Shown: in pieces, positions 1 through 9,612 of the stretch
How the letters are laid out: each line of letters starts with the position of its first letter
How positions within the stretch are numbered: position 1 is the first letter of the stretch
IMG/VR virus record: IMGVR_UViG_3300025158_000005
Reading direction: 5' to 3' (one strand)
Length of the DNA stretch: 64,000 bases
Origin: a virus
Translations under genes and position numbers: made by a program
The notes under the pieces: model-generated
The model's input: only the letters and a program-made list of their open reading frames with translations
The model's database searches: none
Told to the model about the DNA's origin: nothing

Positions 1-7
1 TCGATTT

Positions 8-202
8 ATGAAAGGAACTCGTTGTTTTGACTTGATTCCTAATGAACATTATCCGATGGTCGATCCAATTAAGGAACAAAATGCTACGGAAGTTGATGCT
101 GATCTGGTCAAGGTATTTGATCTTGATATCAACGAGTGGCGCGCTTTCCGTCTTTCTCGTCTAGTATCATGGTGCCCAGAAACGATTCCTCCGGGAATGT
201 AA
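8..202 (+). CDS. SH3/WYL-like phage protein, probably 5'-truncated by the window edge
   Basis: Motifs GTR and VFDLDINEWRAFR. Confidence 0.55.
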   Translation: MKGTRCFDLIPNEHYPMVDPIKEQNATEVDADLVKVFDLDINEWRAFRLSRLVSWCPETIPPGM

Positions 203-300
203 TATGATAGAGATTTTTATTGGATTTGGTGTTGGTGTTTTTGTGTGTTTCATGCTCAACATTTTGTGGGCATGTTATCGTAATACTCATGGAGAAAATA

Positions 301-573
301 ATGGCAACTGCTGAAATTGTACTACCCTCAAATCCCGCTGACCTGAAAGTTATTCAAGACGCAGTTAAGGAAGCAAACGATTCGATGATTCTAATTACTT
401 CTGAAAAAGAACTAATCAAGGATATCGTGGCTGATCTGGCTGAGAAATATGAAATTCCTAAGAAGTATTTCAATAAGATGATTCGCACATATTACAAGTC
501 GTCATTTGATAAGGAAATGGCAGAAAAGGACGATTTTTCGGAACTTTATATTGCGGTAACTGAGGCAAAGTAA
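301..573 (+). CDS. dsbA: T4 DsbA-like dsDNA-binding protein
   Basis: EKELIKDI...YEIPKKYFNKMIRTYYK pattern; GGAG RBS before ATG 301; near rnh as in T4-like phages. Confidence 0.75.
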   Translation: MATAEIVLPSNPADLKVIQDAVKEANDSMILITSEKELIKDIVADLAEKYEIPKKYFNKMIRTYYKSSFDKEMAEKDDFSELYIAVTEAK

Positions 574-578
574 ATAAA

Positions 579-1691
579 ATGACAACAGCTAAAGTTCGTG
601 AAAAGCGACATGCCTCAGTCAAACAAGGATGGGCGCATAGTGTGCCTAAGTTCAACATCATGGACTATCAACTGTCTATGATCAAAGTGTTATCATATTT
701 TGCCGCCGAGGTCGAGAACAAGGATAAGCAAGCAATTTCGATTTCGTATTGGAACAAGTCTGGTAAGAACGTCAAAGGTCTAGCACGATTGGCCGATGGT
801 TGGTTCGCTCAAGCTGGCCCGCTCGCATATCTACTTGACAACAACGTGCCGCTAGAGCAGCATCACGAAAAATACCTCGAAGATGTTTATCAAACCCTCA
901 TGGATAGAGTGTCCAAGAGCATCGAGGACGAAAAACGTGAGGTCAAGGTAGTCTCACCTGTCGCCGTAGTTCCTAAAGACAAAAACCTGATTTTGGCAAA
1001 AAAACTTGGCGCTGAGATTGATGGGCATATCGAGCAGGCCTTTACTCTCAAGGGAAAGTACACTTTCGAAGTGCGCGACTTTTTGGTAAAGTCGGGTGCT
1101 TCTGCTCCCGTTGTGAAAATAATACTCGGTTTCTACACTGGTCTGAACAAGGAAATGAAACTCGCCGGCGCCGACGGAGAATATCAAACGTCGGAAGCCT
1201 ATGCTTGGCTAGGTGTTCGTGGCATCAAGAGAATGCAGGATTGGATGCAAAATCTTGTAAATTCGTTGAATAACACAGCATTGGCAGTCAAGACTACTCG
1301 TAAACCGAGAAAGAGTAATGAAAAGCCCAAGAGTGAACTTGTGGCCAAGATTCAGTATCAGAAAGAAGAGGCCACGTTGAAACTTCGGTCAATTACTCCC
1401 GACAACCTTATCGGCGCAGGAATCGTTTGGATTTTCAATACACAATATCGTAAATTGTTCAAATATGTTGCTCAAGACGGTATGAAGATCACAGTCAAAG
1501 GTACCACATTGCAAAACTTCGATCCTGAAAAGAGTGGGGCAAAGACAATTCGAAAACCAGAAGCATATTTTCCAGAGTTGACAAATGCAACAAGTCGCCC
1601 ATGGTCAAAAGCATTTAATGGTGTAAGGAGTGTTATGTCAAAGGCAACTGGTCGACTAAATCAACAATCTATTATTTTGAAGGTGTTCTAA
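579..1691 (+). CDS. conserved T4-like hypothetical protein
   Basis: 370-aa ORF; C-terminal VWIFNTQYRKL...KGTTL...KTIRKP...GRLN pattern. Confidence 0.6.
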   Translation: MTTAKVREKRHASVKQGWAHSVPKFNIMDYQLSMIKVLSYFAAEVENKDKQAISISYWNKSGKNVKGLARLADGWFAQAGPLAYLLDNNVPLEQHHEKYLEDVYQTLMDRVSKSIEDEKREVKVVSPVAVVPKDKNLILAKKLGAEIDGHIEQAFTLKGKYTFEVRDFLVKSGASAPVVKIILGFYTGLNKEMKLAGADGEYQTSEAYAWLGVRGIKRMQDWMQNLVNSLNNTALAVKTTRKPRKSNEKPKSELVAKIQYQKEEATLKLRSITPDNLIGAGIVWIFNTQYRKLFKYVAQDGMKITVKGTTLQNFDPEKSGAKTIRKPEAYFPELTNATSRPWSKAFNGVRSVMSKATGRLNQQSIILKVF

Positions 1692-2060
1692 TGAATTACG
1701 ATAAACAGTTTTAATGGATGGATGTTCTTTATGTTCTCGTTTCACGTGTCAATGGCATTTTAAAGGAAGAAGGTCTAGACGGTACTGTAAAGGTACATCA
1801 AATCTTCATCAAGAATATGCAAATTTCAAAGGAACTACAAGAGCCTGCATTAAATACAGAACGAACTAAAAGCTAAGGACTACGAAGTGCAGCTTGCCGC
1901 ACTCGAAGCGAAACGTCTTACTGAACTTGCACAGAATCACGCAAACATTGATTATATGAATGCGAAGGCTACGATGAACATCTCCGAAGCTGTTCTTGAG
2001 GGTAAAGTAAACACCATCATTATGCCTTATGACTTCAAGGGCATGATCAACATCAAGTAA
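1691..2060 (+). pseudogene. remnant of an SPFH/band-7-like protein
   Basis: Broken frames translate to ...EAKRLTELAQNHANIDYMNAKA...KVNTIIMPYDFKGMINIK. Confidence 0.45.
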
Positions 2061-2069
2061 AGGAATTAT

Positions 2070-2339
2070 ATGACTGAAAATACTACTCCCGCAAAACGTA
2101 AGGGCAACCCCAACTTCGGTAAGCGTGACGAAAATGGAAATCTATTGATTTCTTCTGCGTCAAAAAAGAATGAAAACCATGTTGTTAGTGCATCAAAGGT
2201 ACGTGAGTCTCTTGGTGAAATCTGGGCAAGTTTCTATGCGGCTATCTTATCAACGTACAACACTACTGGTCCTGCTGTAGTCGCCGCGGCTGCCAAGACT
2301 GCCGACGATGCCTTAGTCGAATATAAGAAGCGTTTCTAA
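2070..2339 (+). CDS. hypothetical protein
   Basis: AAGGA RBS, 89-aa ORF. Confidence 0.6.
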   Translation: MTENTTPAKRKGNPNFGKRDENGNLLISSASKKNENHVVSASKVRESLGEIWASFYAAILSTYNTTGPAVVAAAAKTADDALVEYKKRF

Positions 2340-2340
2340 A

Positions 2341-3237
2341 ATGATCCTTTTGGATTTTTCACAAATCGTTATTTCTGGCATCCTAGCAAACTTAGGAAAA
2401 GATGCCAGAAGGGACAATCCCAATGCCAAGAGTCTGATAAAGCATATGGTTCTTACTTCTTTGTTAACATATTCAAAAAAGTACACGGAAACATATGGTG
2501 AATTGGTTCTAGCTGTTGATTCGAAGCACTATTGGCGCAAAGACGTTTTCCCAAACTACAAGGGCAATCGTAAGAAGATGCGGGAAAAGTCTCATATCGA
2601 CTGGGATTTTGTGTATGAAGTAATCAATGAAGTGAAAGACGACCTGCGTGAGAATTTTCGGTACAAAATGATTGAAGTTCAATGTGCGGAGGCGGATGAT
2701 GTTGTCGCGTGTATCGTCAAGTATCTGCAAACAAACGAACTTGAACAAACTGGGCTTTTTCATGATTCCCCACAAGATGTTTTGATCGTAAGTGCCGATG
2801 GGGACTTTGTACAGTTGCAAGAGTATCAGAACGTTCGTCAATGGTCTCCGATTCTCAAGAAATTTGTGACACCAAAAATGTCGATCAAGGAATATAAGAT
2901 CATTCATATCTGTACAGCAGGTGATGACGGCATTCCGAATATCTGTTCGCCCGATGACGTTTTCATGCGTGATGATCTGCGTCAAACTCCGTTCAAAAAA
3001 GCAAGACTCGAGGAATTTTTTGAAAAAGGGATCGATGCATGTAAGAACGACATGGAACGTCGAAACTTTCAGCGAAATAAGACTCTTATTGATTTTGATT
3101 GTATTCCCGATGATATATATCAGAAGATCATTGATGAATATACATCATATAAGATCAAAGGAAACAAGACGAAGGTGTACAACTATCTTGTAAAAAATCG
3201 AATGAAACTTCTGCTGGAAGATGCAGGTAAATTTTGA
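2341..3237 (+). CDS. rnh: T4-type RNase H (5'-3' exonuclease)
   Basis: MILLDFSQI, YWRKDVFPNYKGNR, EADD, SADGDFVQLQ, GDDGIPN. Confidence 0.95.
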   Translation: MILLDFSQIVISGILANLGKDARRDNPNAKSLIKHMVLTSLLTYSKKYTETYGELVLAVDSKHYWRKDVFPNYKGNRKKMREKSHIDWDFVYEVINEVKDDLRENFRYKMIEVQCAEADDVVACIVKYLQTNELEQTGLFHDSPQDVLIVSADGDFVQLQEYQNVRQWSPILKKFVTPKMSIKEYKIIHICTAGDDGIPNICSPDDVFMRDDLRQTPFKKARLEEFFEKGIDACKNDMERRNFQRNKTLIDFDCIPDDIYQKIIDEYTSYKIKGNKTKVYNYLVKNRMKLLLEDAGKF

Positions 3238-3247
3238 GGGAAAATAT

Positions 3248-3694
3248 ATGGCAATTGAATATGCTAATGAAATCTTGAAAAAGATTGACGATGCCGAAGG
3301 TGACACAAAGGTTCAGTTATTGAAGAAGTACGGAGCAATGACTCCATGGAATCTTCTGTTGAGTTTGAATTTTCATGATCAAATCAAGGTAAACGTGCCA
3401 GATGGAATGCCTCCATATAAGCGTGATGAATCTATCAATCCAGACTTTTTCAAGACGACACTAGGTAGAGAAATTCGACGTGTTGGTGCAATTCTCGTTG
3501 GTCGATCTGAACATATCGCAAAGCTGCAACGTGAGGCAATCTTCATTCAGATTCTTGAAGGTGTGCCACCTGGCGAGGCCGACGTCCTTTGTTTCGCCAA
3601 GGACAAAGCACTTGAAGAAATGTATCCAACGATCACGTATGATCTAGTCGCATCTGTTTTCCCGGATTATTGCCACAAAACAGAGACTAAATAA
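3248..3694 (+). CDS. conserved T4-like hypothetical protein
   Basis: PDGMPPYK and REAIFIQILEGV motifs; typical neighbour of rnh. Confidence 0.7.
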   Translation: MAIEYANEILKKIDDAEGDTKVQLLKKYGAMTPWNLLLSLNFHDQIKVNVPDGMPPYKRDESINPDFFKTTLGREIRRVGAILVGRSEHIAKLQREAIFIQILEGVPPGEADVLCFAKDKALEEMYPTITYDLVASVFPDYCHKTETK

Positions 3695-3695
3695 A

Positions 3696-3950
3696 ATGCC
3701 CTTGTATGAGTTTCAATGCACAAAATGTGGGCATGTTTTTGAAGAATTTTTGAGCGTCAGTAATCGTCATATGCCTGTATCCCAAGCATGCCCATCATGT
3801 GAGGAATCCGGAAATATAGTGTCAGTTTTAGGCACTCCACCAATTGCTGATCCAGTGCGTCTTGGAAGAATCAAAGCGCCAGAATCTTTTAGAGACTTGC
3901 TCCGTCACATAAAGAGCAGAAATGCCGGCAGCACACTTGATATAAACTAG
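3696..3950 (+). CDS. FmdB-family zinc-ribbon protein
   Basis: MPLYEFQCTKCGHVFE...CPSC. Confidence 0.85.
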   Translation: MPLYEFQCTKCGHVFEEFLSVSNRHMPVSQACPSCEESGNIVSVLGTPPIADPVRLGRIKAPESFRDLLRHIKSRNAGSTLDIN

Positions 3951-3958
3951 GAGAAACC

Positions 3959-4708
3959 TTGTATTCTACCGATGATGAAGCACACACAATCGACAAACTG
4001 CGTGATCGTCGCAAAAAGAAAGTTCCCGCTGCAAAGAAAAGTTCCAGTTTCGATAATTTGGCGTTGAAGCATGTCGAACCTCTTACCGAAGCACAACGAC
4101 AACTTTTCTTTTCTGTCAAGGAAGGTTATAACGTAATCGCCGATGGAGCAGCAGGCAGCGGAAAGACTTATGGAGCAACTTATCTTGCACTCGAAAAGTT
4201 GTTCAACAAAGAAATCGATAAGGTGGTATTTGTCAGAAGTGCAGTCAATATTAGATCACAGGGGCACTTGCCCGGCACGCAAGACGAAAAAGAAGCAGTT
4301 TATACGATTCCCTTCAAGGAAATTGTAAATGATATTTGTGAGAACGGTACTGCCTGGGACATTTTGTTCAAGAAAGATTTGATCAAGTTTCTTACGACAA
4401 CATATATTCGTGGTATCACTCTAAAGAATTGTGTCATTATTTTTGATGAGTTTCAAAATGCAGATTCCGGGGAATTGTTTGCTGTTTCGTCAAGACTTGG
4501 TGAAAATTCAACGATTATATTTTGTGGCGACACATTTCAAGGAGACTTGAATCGAAAGCGTGAAAAGTCCGGGCATGATTGGTTGCTAAAAGTATCTGAT
4601 AAGATGCCCGATTATTTTGATGTTGTCAACTTCACATATTCGGACATTGTAAGATCGGAATTTGTAAAACAGATGGTTATGGCTGTAGACGTACTAGGAT
4701 TAGACTGA
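3959..4708 (+). CDS. phoH: PhoH-family ATPase
   Basis: GAAGSGKT, GHLPG, YIRGITL, DEFQN, GDTFQ, DIVRS. Confidence 0.93.
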   Translation: MYSTDDEAHTIDKLRDRRKKKVPAAKKSSSFDNLALKHVEPLTEAQRQLFFSVKEGYNVIADGAAGSGKTYGATYLALEKLFNKEIDKVVFVRSAVNIRSQGHLPGTQDEKEAVYTIPFKEIVNDICENGTAWDILFKKDLIKFLTTTYIRGITLKNCVIIFDEFQNADSGELFAVSSRLGENSTIIFCGDTFQGDLNRKREKSGHDWLLKVSDKMPDYFDVVNFTYSDIVRSEFVKQMVMAVDVLGLD

Positions 4709-5151
4709 TGAATATTGGAGATACAGGACTAGCATTAATAAAGAAATGGGAAGGATTTAGCGCAGAGGCTTACTTAGATTCTGTCGGAATTCCAACAATC
4801 GGCTACGGTACGATACGTCTTCCTAATGGAACTAGGGTGACTCTTGGAATGACATGCACAAAGGAAGAGGCTGAAGAGTGGCTTGAACATCATATCAATA
4901 ATAAGGTTACTCCATGCATCACTGAGACAGTTAAAGTGGCTCTAACACAACCAGAAATTGACGCTATATACTCATTCATATACAACTTAGGTTGTGCAAA
5001 CTTCAAGAGATCAACACTTCTGAAGAAGATAAACTCGGAGGATTTTGAGGGAGCATCCTTGGAATTCTCAAAATGGAACAGAGCAGGGCGAAAGGTTATT
5101 GCCGGACTTACTGCGCGGAGACAAGATGAAGCTAAATTATTTATTTCTTAG
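4708..5151 (+). CDS. GH24 lysozyme (endolysin)
   Basis: EG-x8-D-x5-T pattern (WEGFSAEAYLDSVGIPTIGYG), FKRSTLLKKIN, GLTARR. Confidence 0.92.
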   Translation: MNIGDTGLALIKKWEGFSAEAYLDSVGIPTIGYGTIRLPNGTRVTLGMTCTKEEAEEWLEHHINNKVTPCITETVKVALTQPEIDAIYSFIYNLGCANFKRSTLLKKINSEDFEGASLEFSKWNRAGRKVIAGLTARRQDEAKLFIS

Positions 5152-5551
5152 TTGTTTGTTATGGTCGTCGGTGGCTAGTGCTGCCGATATGATTCTTCCA
5201 ATCAACAACATTCATGATGGTGATACGATTGAAACATCCCTTCCAAGTATTCCTACACCGTTGAATAAGGTTGGTATTCGACTATACGGCATTGACACAC
5301 CCGAACTTCACGGTTACGCATGTGAGGATGAACATCAACTTGCGATAAAAGCAAGAAGCCGGCTAATATCAATATTTGGAACAGATAAAGTCATGCAAGT
5401 AAAAGATATGAAGTGGGATAAGTATGGTGGTAGAATTGATGGAAAGGTTCTTACTCTAAGTGGAACTGATGTTGGGCAGACTCTTATAAGTGAAGGTTTA
5501 GCCCATCCTTATTTTGGTGCTAAGAAAACCCCGTGGTGTCCTGTAAAATGA
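5126..5551 (+). CDS. thermonuclease (SNase) family protein with signal peptide
   Basis: DGDT, IRLYGIDTPE, DKYGGR; hydrophobic N-terminus. Confidence 0.9.
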   Translation: MKLNYLFLSCLLWSSVASAADMILPINNIHDGDTIETSLPSIPTPLNKVGIRLYGIDTPELHGYACEDEHQLAIKARSRLISIFGTDKVMQVKDMKWDKYGGRIDGKVLTLSGTDVGQTLISEGLAHPYFGAKKTPWCPVK

Positions 5552-6609
5552 ATAACGCTCAAATACGTACTCTTTTTATCACAAAACAGTCTGAGATTGA
5601 ATCTCAGCAATATCATGGTTACTTTAGACAGTTTTCGGGTTTGTTCAATTCCGCTCGTCTTGTTTCTGAAATGTTGAACGATCAACCCGGCATCGATTCA
5701 AAATGCATCACGGTACAAGATAACAACGGAATTGATCGTGAAGTTACGTTATATAAGCCTACTCATGTGTTTATCGAAGCATTCTGGGTTGTTCCTGAGA
5801 AGTTTAAAATTCTTAAAAAGTTGCATCCTGGTGTAAAATGGATTATCAGAATTCATTCAGAAACTCCATTCTTGAGTACCGAAGGCATCTCGATGGATTG
5901 GGCAATGAAGTATATCACGCAAAAGAATGTATATCTGGCACCAAACGCACCTAGAATATATAATGAAATCAAACATCTAGTGGCTAGTGTTCATGGGCAT
6001 GAGTTGAAGAAGAAAGTTATTTATCTTCCAAACTTCTATTCTGTCGATAATGTCATGCCAGCGAAGACTAAGTTGGGCACACCGGGTGAAATTCATATTG
6101 CGTGTTTTGGTGCAATTCGTCAACTAAAGAATCAACTGATTCAAGCAATATCCGCAATAAAATTCGCTGATAAACACAGACTTAAATTGAAGTTCCATAT
6201 AAACGGTAATCGCGTTGATTATGGTGGTAACCCAATTCTCAAAAATATTGTTGATTTGTTTTCACATCATCCCGAACATGAATTAATCCAACATGATTGG
6301 ATGCCTCATGAAGAATTTCTTGCGCTGATCAAAACTCTCGATATCGGTATGCAGGTTTCATTTACAGAAACATTCAATATCGTTACGGCTGATATGGTTA
6401 TATGTGGAATTCCCGTCGTTGTTTCTGATGAAGTTCAATGGTCGAGTATATTCAGTAAAGTTAATCCAACAGACAGTGATAATATAACGGCGACGATGGA
6501 ATTTGTTTGGAACTGGCATCCGTTTGTTCATTGGAGAAATACCAAGGGGTTGAAGAAATATTCTGATACGTCGAGAATATTATGGACCGACTACCTATAC
6601 AATAACTAA
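5548..6609 (+). CDS. GT-B fold glycosyltransferase
   Basis: FGAIRQLKN and SFTETFNIVTAD...GIPVVVS (Glycos_transf_1-like). Confidence 0.75.
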   Translation: MNNAQIRTLFITKQSEIESQQYHGYFRQFSGLFNSARLVSEMLNDQPGIDSKCITVQDNNGIDREVTLYKPTHVFIEAFWVVPEKFKILKKLHPGVKWIIRIHSETPFLSTEGISMDWAMKYITQKNVYLAPNAPRIYNEIKHLVASVHGHELKKKVIYLPNFYSVDNVMPAKTKLGTPGEIHIACFGAIRQLKNQLIQAISAIKFADKHRLKLKFHINGNRVDYGGNPILKNIVDLFSHHPEHELIQHDWMPHEEFLALIKTLDIGMQVSFTETFNIVTADMVICGIPVVVSDEVQWSSIFSKVNPTDSDNITATMEFVWNWHPFVHWRNTKGLKKYSDTSRILWTDYLYNN

Positions 6610-6661
6610 ATTTGACTTAAAACCGTAAACATGATAACATAGTTATGTTGACTAATGAAAG

Positions 6662-7252
6662 GTGAGAATGCTTACAGAAATCGATGAAATTTGTTTTGGA
6701 AAAGATTATATACAAGCAACAGGCACTTCTACTTTTCTTTTGAATGGAGAAATCGAACAGCAAACTGCACAGAATGTTTCTGAATGGATACTTTCTTGTA
6801 ATTGCGCAGAAGATAATGAGGAAGAACGTCGACCAGAGTCATTGACTCTTTTCATAAACTCCGGTGGTGGTGATCTTCATGCCGCTTGGCAAATAATCGC
6901 AATGCTTCAAGGAAGTCATATTCCAGTAAGAACTGTCGCCGTTGGTCTATTGGCGAGTGCAAGTCTTCTGATATTCTTAGCAGGTCACAAGAAAATGCGA
7001 TTTATGACGGAGAACGTTACTGTCATGAGTCACCAATATTCTTGGAGCGCAGAGGGTAAGCACCATGAATTAATGGCGCAAGTTAAGGAATATGATCTTA
7101 CACATAAACGCCTTATTGCTTACTATAAAAAGGCGACAAATACAACAGAGAAAAAGGTACTTAAATATTTCATGCCTCCACAGGACATGTACTATTCCTC
7201 AAATGAAGCAGTTGAATTAGGTTTAGGTGACGCAATTATTTCTTTATCTTGA
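6662..7252 (+). CDS. clpP: ClpP-family protease
   Basis: LFINSGGG, GLLASAS, VMSHQ, EAVELGLGD. Confidence 0.88.
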   Translation: MRMLTEIDEICFGKDYIQATGTSTFLLNGEIEQQTAQNVSEWILSCNCAEDNEEERRPESLTLFINSGGGDLHAAWQIIAMLQGSHIPVRTVAVGLLASASLLIFLAGHKKMRFMTENVTVMSHQYSWSAEGKHHELMAQVKEYDLTHKRLIAYYKKATNTTEKKVLKYFMPPQDMYYSSNEAVELGLGDAIISLS

Positions 7253-7265
7253 AAGGTATTTTATT

Positions 7266-7526
7266 ATGAAAAAAGTAATAATTTATGAAAGTGATGCACA
7301 TCTTCATCGTGAAAAGGCATTTTCTAATGCCCGCGAATTGAATGGATGGAATGATTATGAAGCAATTCTATACGCCGCGCAACGGTCTCGAATGCTCGGC
7401 GTCAACGGCAAAGCCAGCCATATCAAACATCTAAATTATGACAAGCCTCTTGTCAAGTCAGAATATAAAAACAAGACCTCTGTAGTTCTTCAAGAAATGG
7501 CAGAAGGTAAATTCTTTAACGTGTGA
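7266..7526 (+). CDS. hypothetical protein
   Basis: ORF with AAGG RBS. Confidence 0.5.
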   Translation: MKKVIIYESDAHLHREKAFSNARELNGWNDYEAILYAAQRSRMLGVNGKASHIKHLNYDKPLVKSEYKNKTSVVLQEMAEGKFFNV

Positions 7527-7528
7527 TT

Positions 7529-7994
7529 ATGACTGCAAAAACTCTAGGTAACATCGGTGAGAACATAGTCAATATGTTTTTTGACAAGTCTAGAATATCG
7601 CGTAGAAATGAGTGATGATATTTTTGATATGGGGGAAAAAGACATGACTGCCGATGGGCTAAAAGACGAAGTTAAAACACAGACACCATGGTATAATCAA
7701 AAACTATTTTCATTTGACGAATCTCAGGAACTAAAAATGAGAAATGCCGGTAGATTGTTTATTGTTGGATATAACAGTGGAGATAGCGTTTCACAAGATT
7801 GGGCGAATTATATATGGCACGTTAATGAGAACTTCGCCGTCGATAGTAGATATGTTAAAAGTTATGGTAATAAGACTAAACGTATGTTTGCTATACATGT
7901 TAATAATAAAGCTATTCAACGGGTACATAAACTAACTTCGACGGAAATAATATCTCTAAAGAACCACACAACTTCTACGTGGAATAAACTATGA
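7529..7994 (+). pseudogene. PD-(D/E)xK-like nuclease, frameshifted
   Basis: MTAKTLGNIGENIV joins the downstream D...EVKTQ frame only if one T is removed from the T6 run at 7577-7582. Confidence 0.5.
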
Positions 7995-8506
7995 AACATG
8001 TAATGATTGACTTAGAAACATTATCGACAAGACCTAATGCGTCAATTCTAAGTATAGGTGCTTGTCGATTTGATGAAAATGGAATTGACACGGACGGATT
8101 TTACGTGAATATTGATCCTCATTCATCAAAAGAATATGGAACACACGTATCTAAATCTACGTTGAAATGGTGGTCGGAGCAAAGTAAAGAAGCAATCGCC
8201 CAACTTCAAGTTGACCAAAGACCCTTAACATATGCACTTGACTTATTCTTGGAATGGTATGGATCAAAGAGTATGAAGACATGGTCTAACGGCGCATCTT
8301 TCGATTTGCCCATTCTTTCTTACTCTTTGGATGCAACTAACAGAAATATTCCTTGGAAATACTATCACGGATTATGTGTCAGGACTATTACTGATCTAAC
8401 AGGGCAAAAGATCGATAGAACTGCCGGAACAGCACACAACGCACTTGATGACGCAATCAATCAAGCAAAATTTATGGTGGAATTTTTGAAGCAGGTGAAG
8501 GGATGA
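7991..8506 (+). CDS. DEDDh 3'-5' exonuclease (DexA/RNase AS-like)
   Basis: HVMIDLETL, WSNGASFD, HNALDDA. Confidence 0.9.
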   Translation: MKHVMIDLETLSTRPNASILSIGACRFDENGIDTDGFYVNIDPHSSKEYGTHVSKSTLKWWSEQSKEAIAQLQVDQRPLTYALDLFLEWYGSKSMKTWSNGASFDLPILSYSLDATNRNIPWKYYHGLCVRTITDLTGQKIDRTAGTAHNALDDAINQAKFMVEFLKQVKG

Positions 8507-8606
8507 CACAAGTAAAAGTTCAAGTATTCATGCTGGCATCCTTCCCGATGTTAGAGTTAGTGGGTGTTGGTGCACCGCGACTAACACCATTTATAAGGAA
8601 TAAAAG

Positions 8607-8876
8607 ATGAGTCAAATTAAAGTAACAATTTATATTTCAGTTGACGAACACGGCAATTATCAAGCGGTCGGTTCTTCTACGATCAACGGAGATATGCCAA
8701 GAAATACTGCAATCTCGCTGGTTGAGGATGGCATCGTTAGACCAGAGACTGGACATAAGACGCAATCATTCAACGTAATGGTCGATCTACCGGAGCCATA
8801 TATACATGATACGCCAGTAGAACCAGTAGAACCAGTCGAAGTTGTTGCAGAAGAACAACAAAGTGAAAATAGTTGA
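8607..8876 (+). CDS. hypothetical protein with short PVE repeats
   Basis: AAGGA RBS, 89-aa ORF. Confidence 0.55.
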   Translation: MSQIKVTIYISVDEHGNYQAVGSSTINGDMPRNTAISLVEDGIVRPETGHKTQSFNVMVDLPEPYIHDTPVEPVEPVEVVAEEQQSENS

Positions 8877-8948
8877 AAAATTTTCACGAAAACATGATAC
8901 TTTTCGTGAAAGGATGTATATATAAAAGATATGAAACAAGGAACTAAC

Positions 8949-9080
8949 ATGCTCAAAACGGTCAGAAATTTAGCGAAAGCCTGTGCAACAATGCATACCG
9001 GCTCACGCCTGCCCGTAAACTTTAGTTATGATACACCAAATACATCGATTAACGGGCAGTCAGAAGGTTGGAAGATGTAG
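8949..9080 (+). CDS. 43-aa putative leader peptide
   Basis: AAGGA RBS; MLKTVRNLAK...EGWKM-TAG; the stop abuts an antiterminator arm. Confidence 0.5.
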   Translation: MLKTVRNLAKACATMHTGSRLPVNFSYDTPNTSINGQSEGWKM

Positions 9081-9120
9081 GGTTCTAAGATCAAAAAGTT
9101 GTTTAGTTTCACACACTTAG

Positions 9121-9149
9121 AACCCAAGAACAAAATTCTTGGGTTTTTT
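9121..9149 (+). terminator. intrinsic terminator, possible attenuator
   Basis: AACCCAAGAA-CAAAA-TTCTTGGGTT followed by a T run. Confidence 0.8.
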
Positions 9150-9150
9150 G

Positions 9151-9179
9151 TTGACATAAATTAGTTCGATCTGTACAAT
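9151..9179 (+). promoter_or_regulatory. sigma70-like promoter
   Basis: TTGACA-17-TACAAT. Confidence 0.75.
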
Positions 9180-9212
9180 GGTTCACATGATGTAAAACAA
9201 AGCAGCAACCAG

Positions 9213-9370
9213 TTCTTTTAGTGGAGACAAGCAAGTAGTGTTAGTAGCCGGGTGCGCGACGAAGGGTCGGTAAGACCGAAAATGGGCAAACGTTCGAATA
9301 TCAAAAGGCAGTAGACGTACTGTGCAGAAGTGACTGTTCATCAAGTTCTGCCAAGTCTCCACTAAAAGAA
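9213..9370 (+). ncRNA. structured RNA, family B copy 1
   Basis: Perfect 16-bp terminal stem TTCTTTTAGTGGAGAC/GTCTCCACTAAAAGAA, with the core shared with 10548-10710. Confidence 0.6.
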
Positions 9371-9399
9371 TTGACAAGAAATGCGAAGTTGTGTAAGAT
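9371..9399 (+). promoter_or_regulatory. sigma70-like promoter
   Basis: TTGACA-17-TAAGAT with extended TG. Confidence 0.75.
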
Positions 9400-9423
9400 G
9401 ATTGAACAGTGCAGCAAACAGTT

Positions 9424-9554
9424 CTTTGAAATCTTGGTCTTCTCGTAGTAGTACAATGGCTAGTACGCAAGGGCCGACCTAGTGAAAACTAGATTGTCGG
9501 AATCGCCAGTGAAATATGGGTTCGAGTCTCTTCTGAGAAGAACAAGTTTTGAAA
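9424..9554 (+). ncRNA. tRNA-elbow-mimic RNA
   Basis: D-arm GTAC-AATGGCTA-GTAC and T-loop GGTTCGAGTC; a GAAA hairpin replaces the anticodon arm; long closing stem, no CCA. Confidence 0.55.
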
Positions 9555-9557
9555 GAG

Positions 9558-9586
9558 TTGACAATAAATGATGACTCATGTAAGAT
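9558..9586 (+). promoter_or_regulatory. sigma70-like promoter
   Basis: TTGACA-17-TAAGAT with extended TG. Confidence 0.75.
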
Positions 9587-9612
9587 GATTGAACTGAAAA
9601 CGAAAGTGAGAA

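Noticed and set aside
9200-9420. GCAGCAA at about 9202 and 9412 as further CAGCA-family RNAs
   Set aside because: No AGRAT/ATYCT enclosing stem; these lie in promoter-proximal leaders before boxA-like sites.
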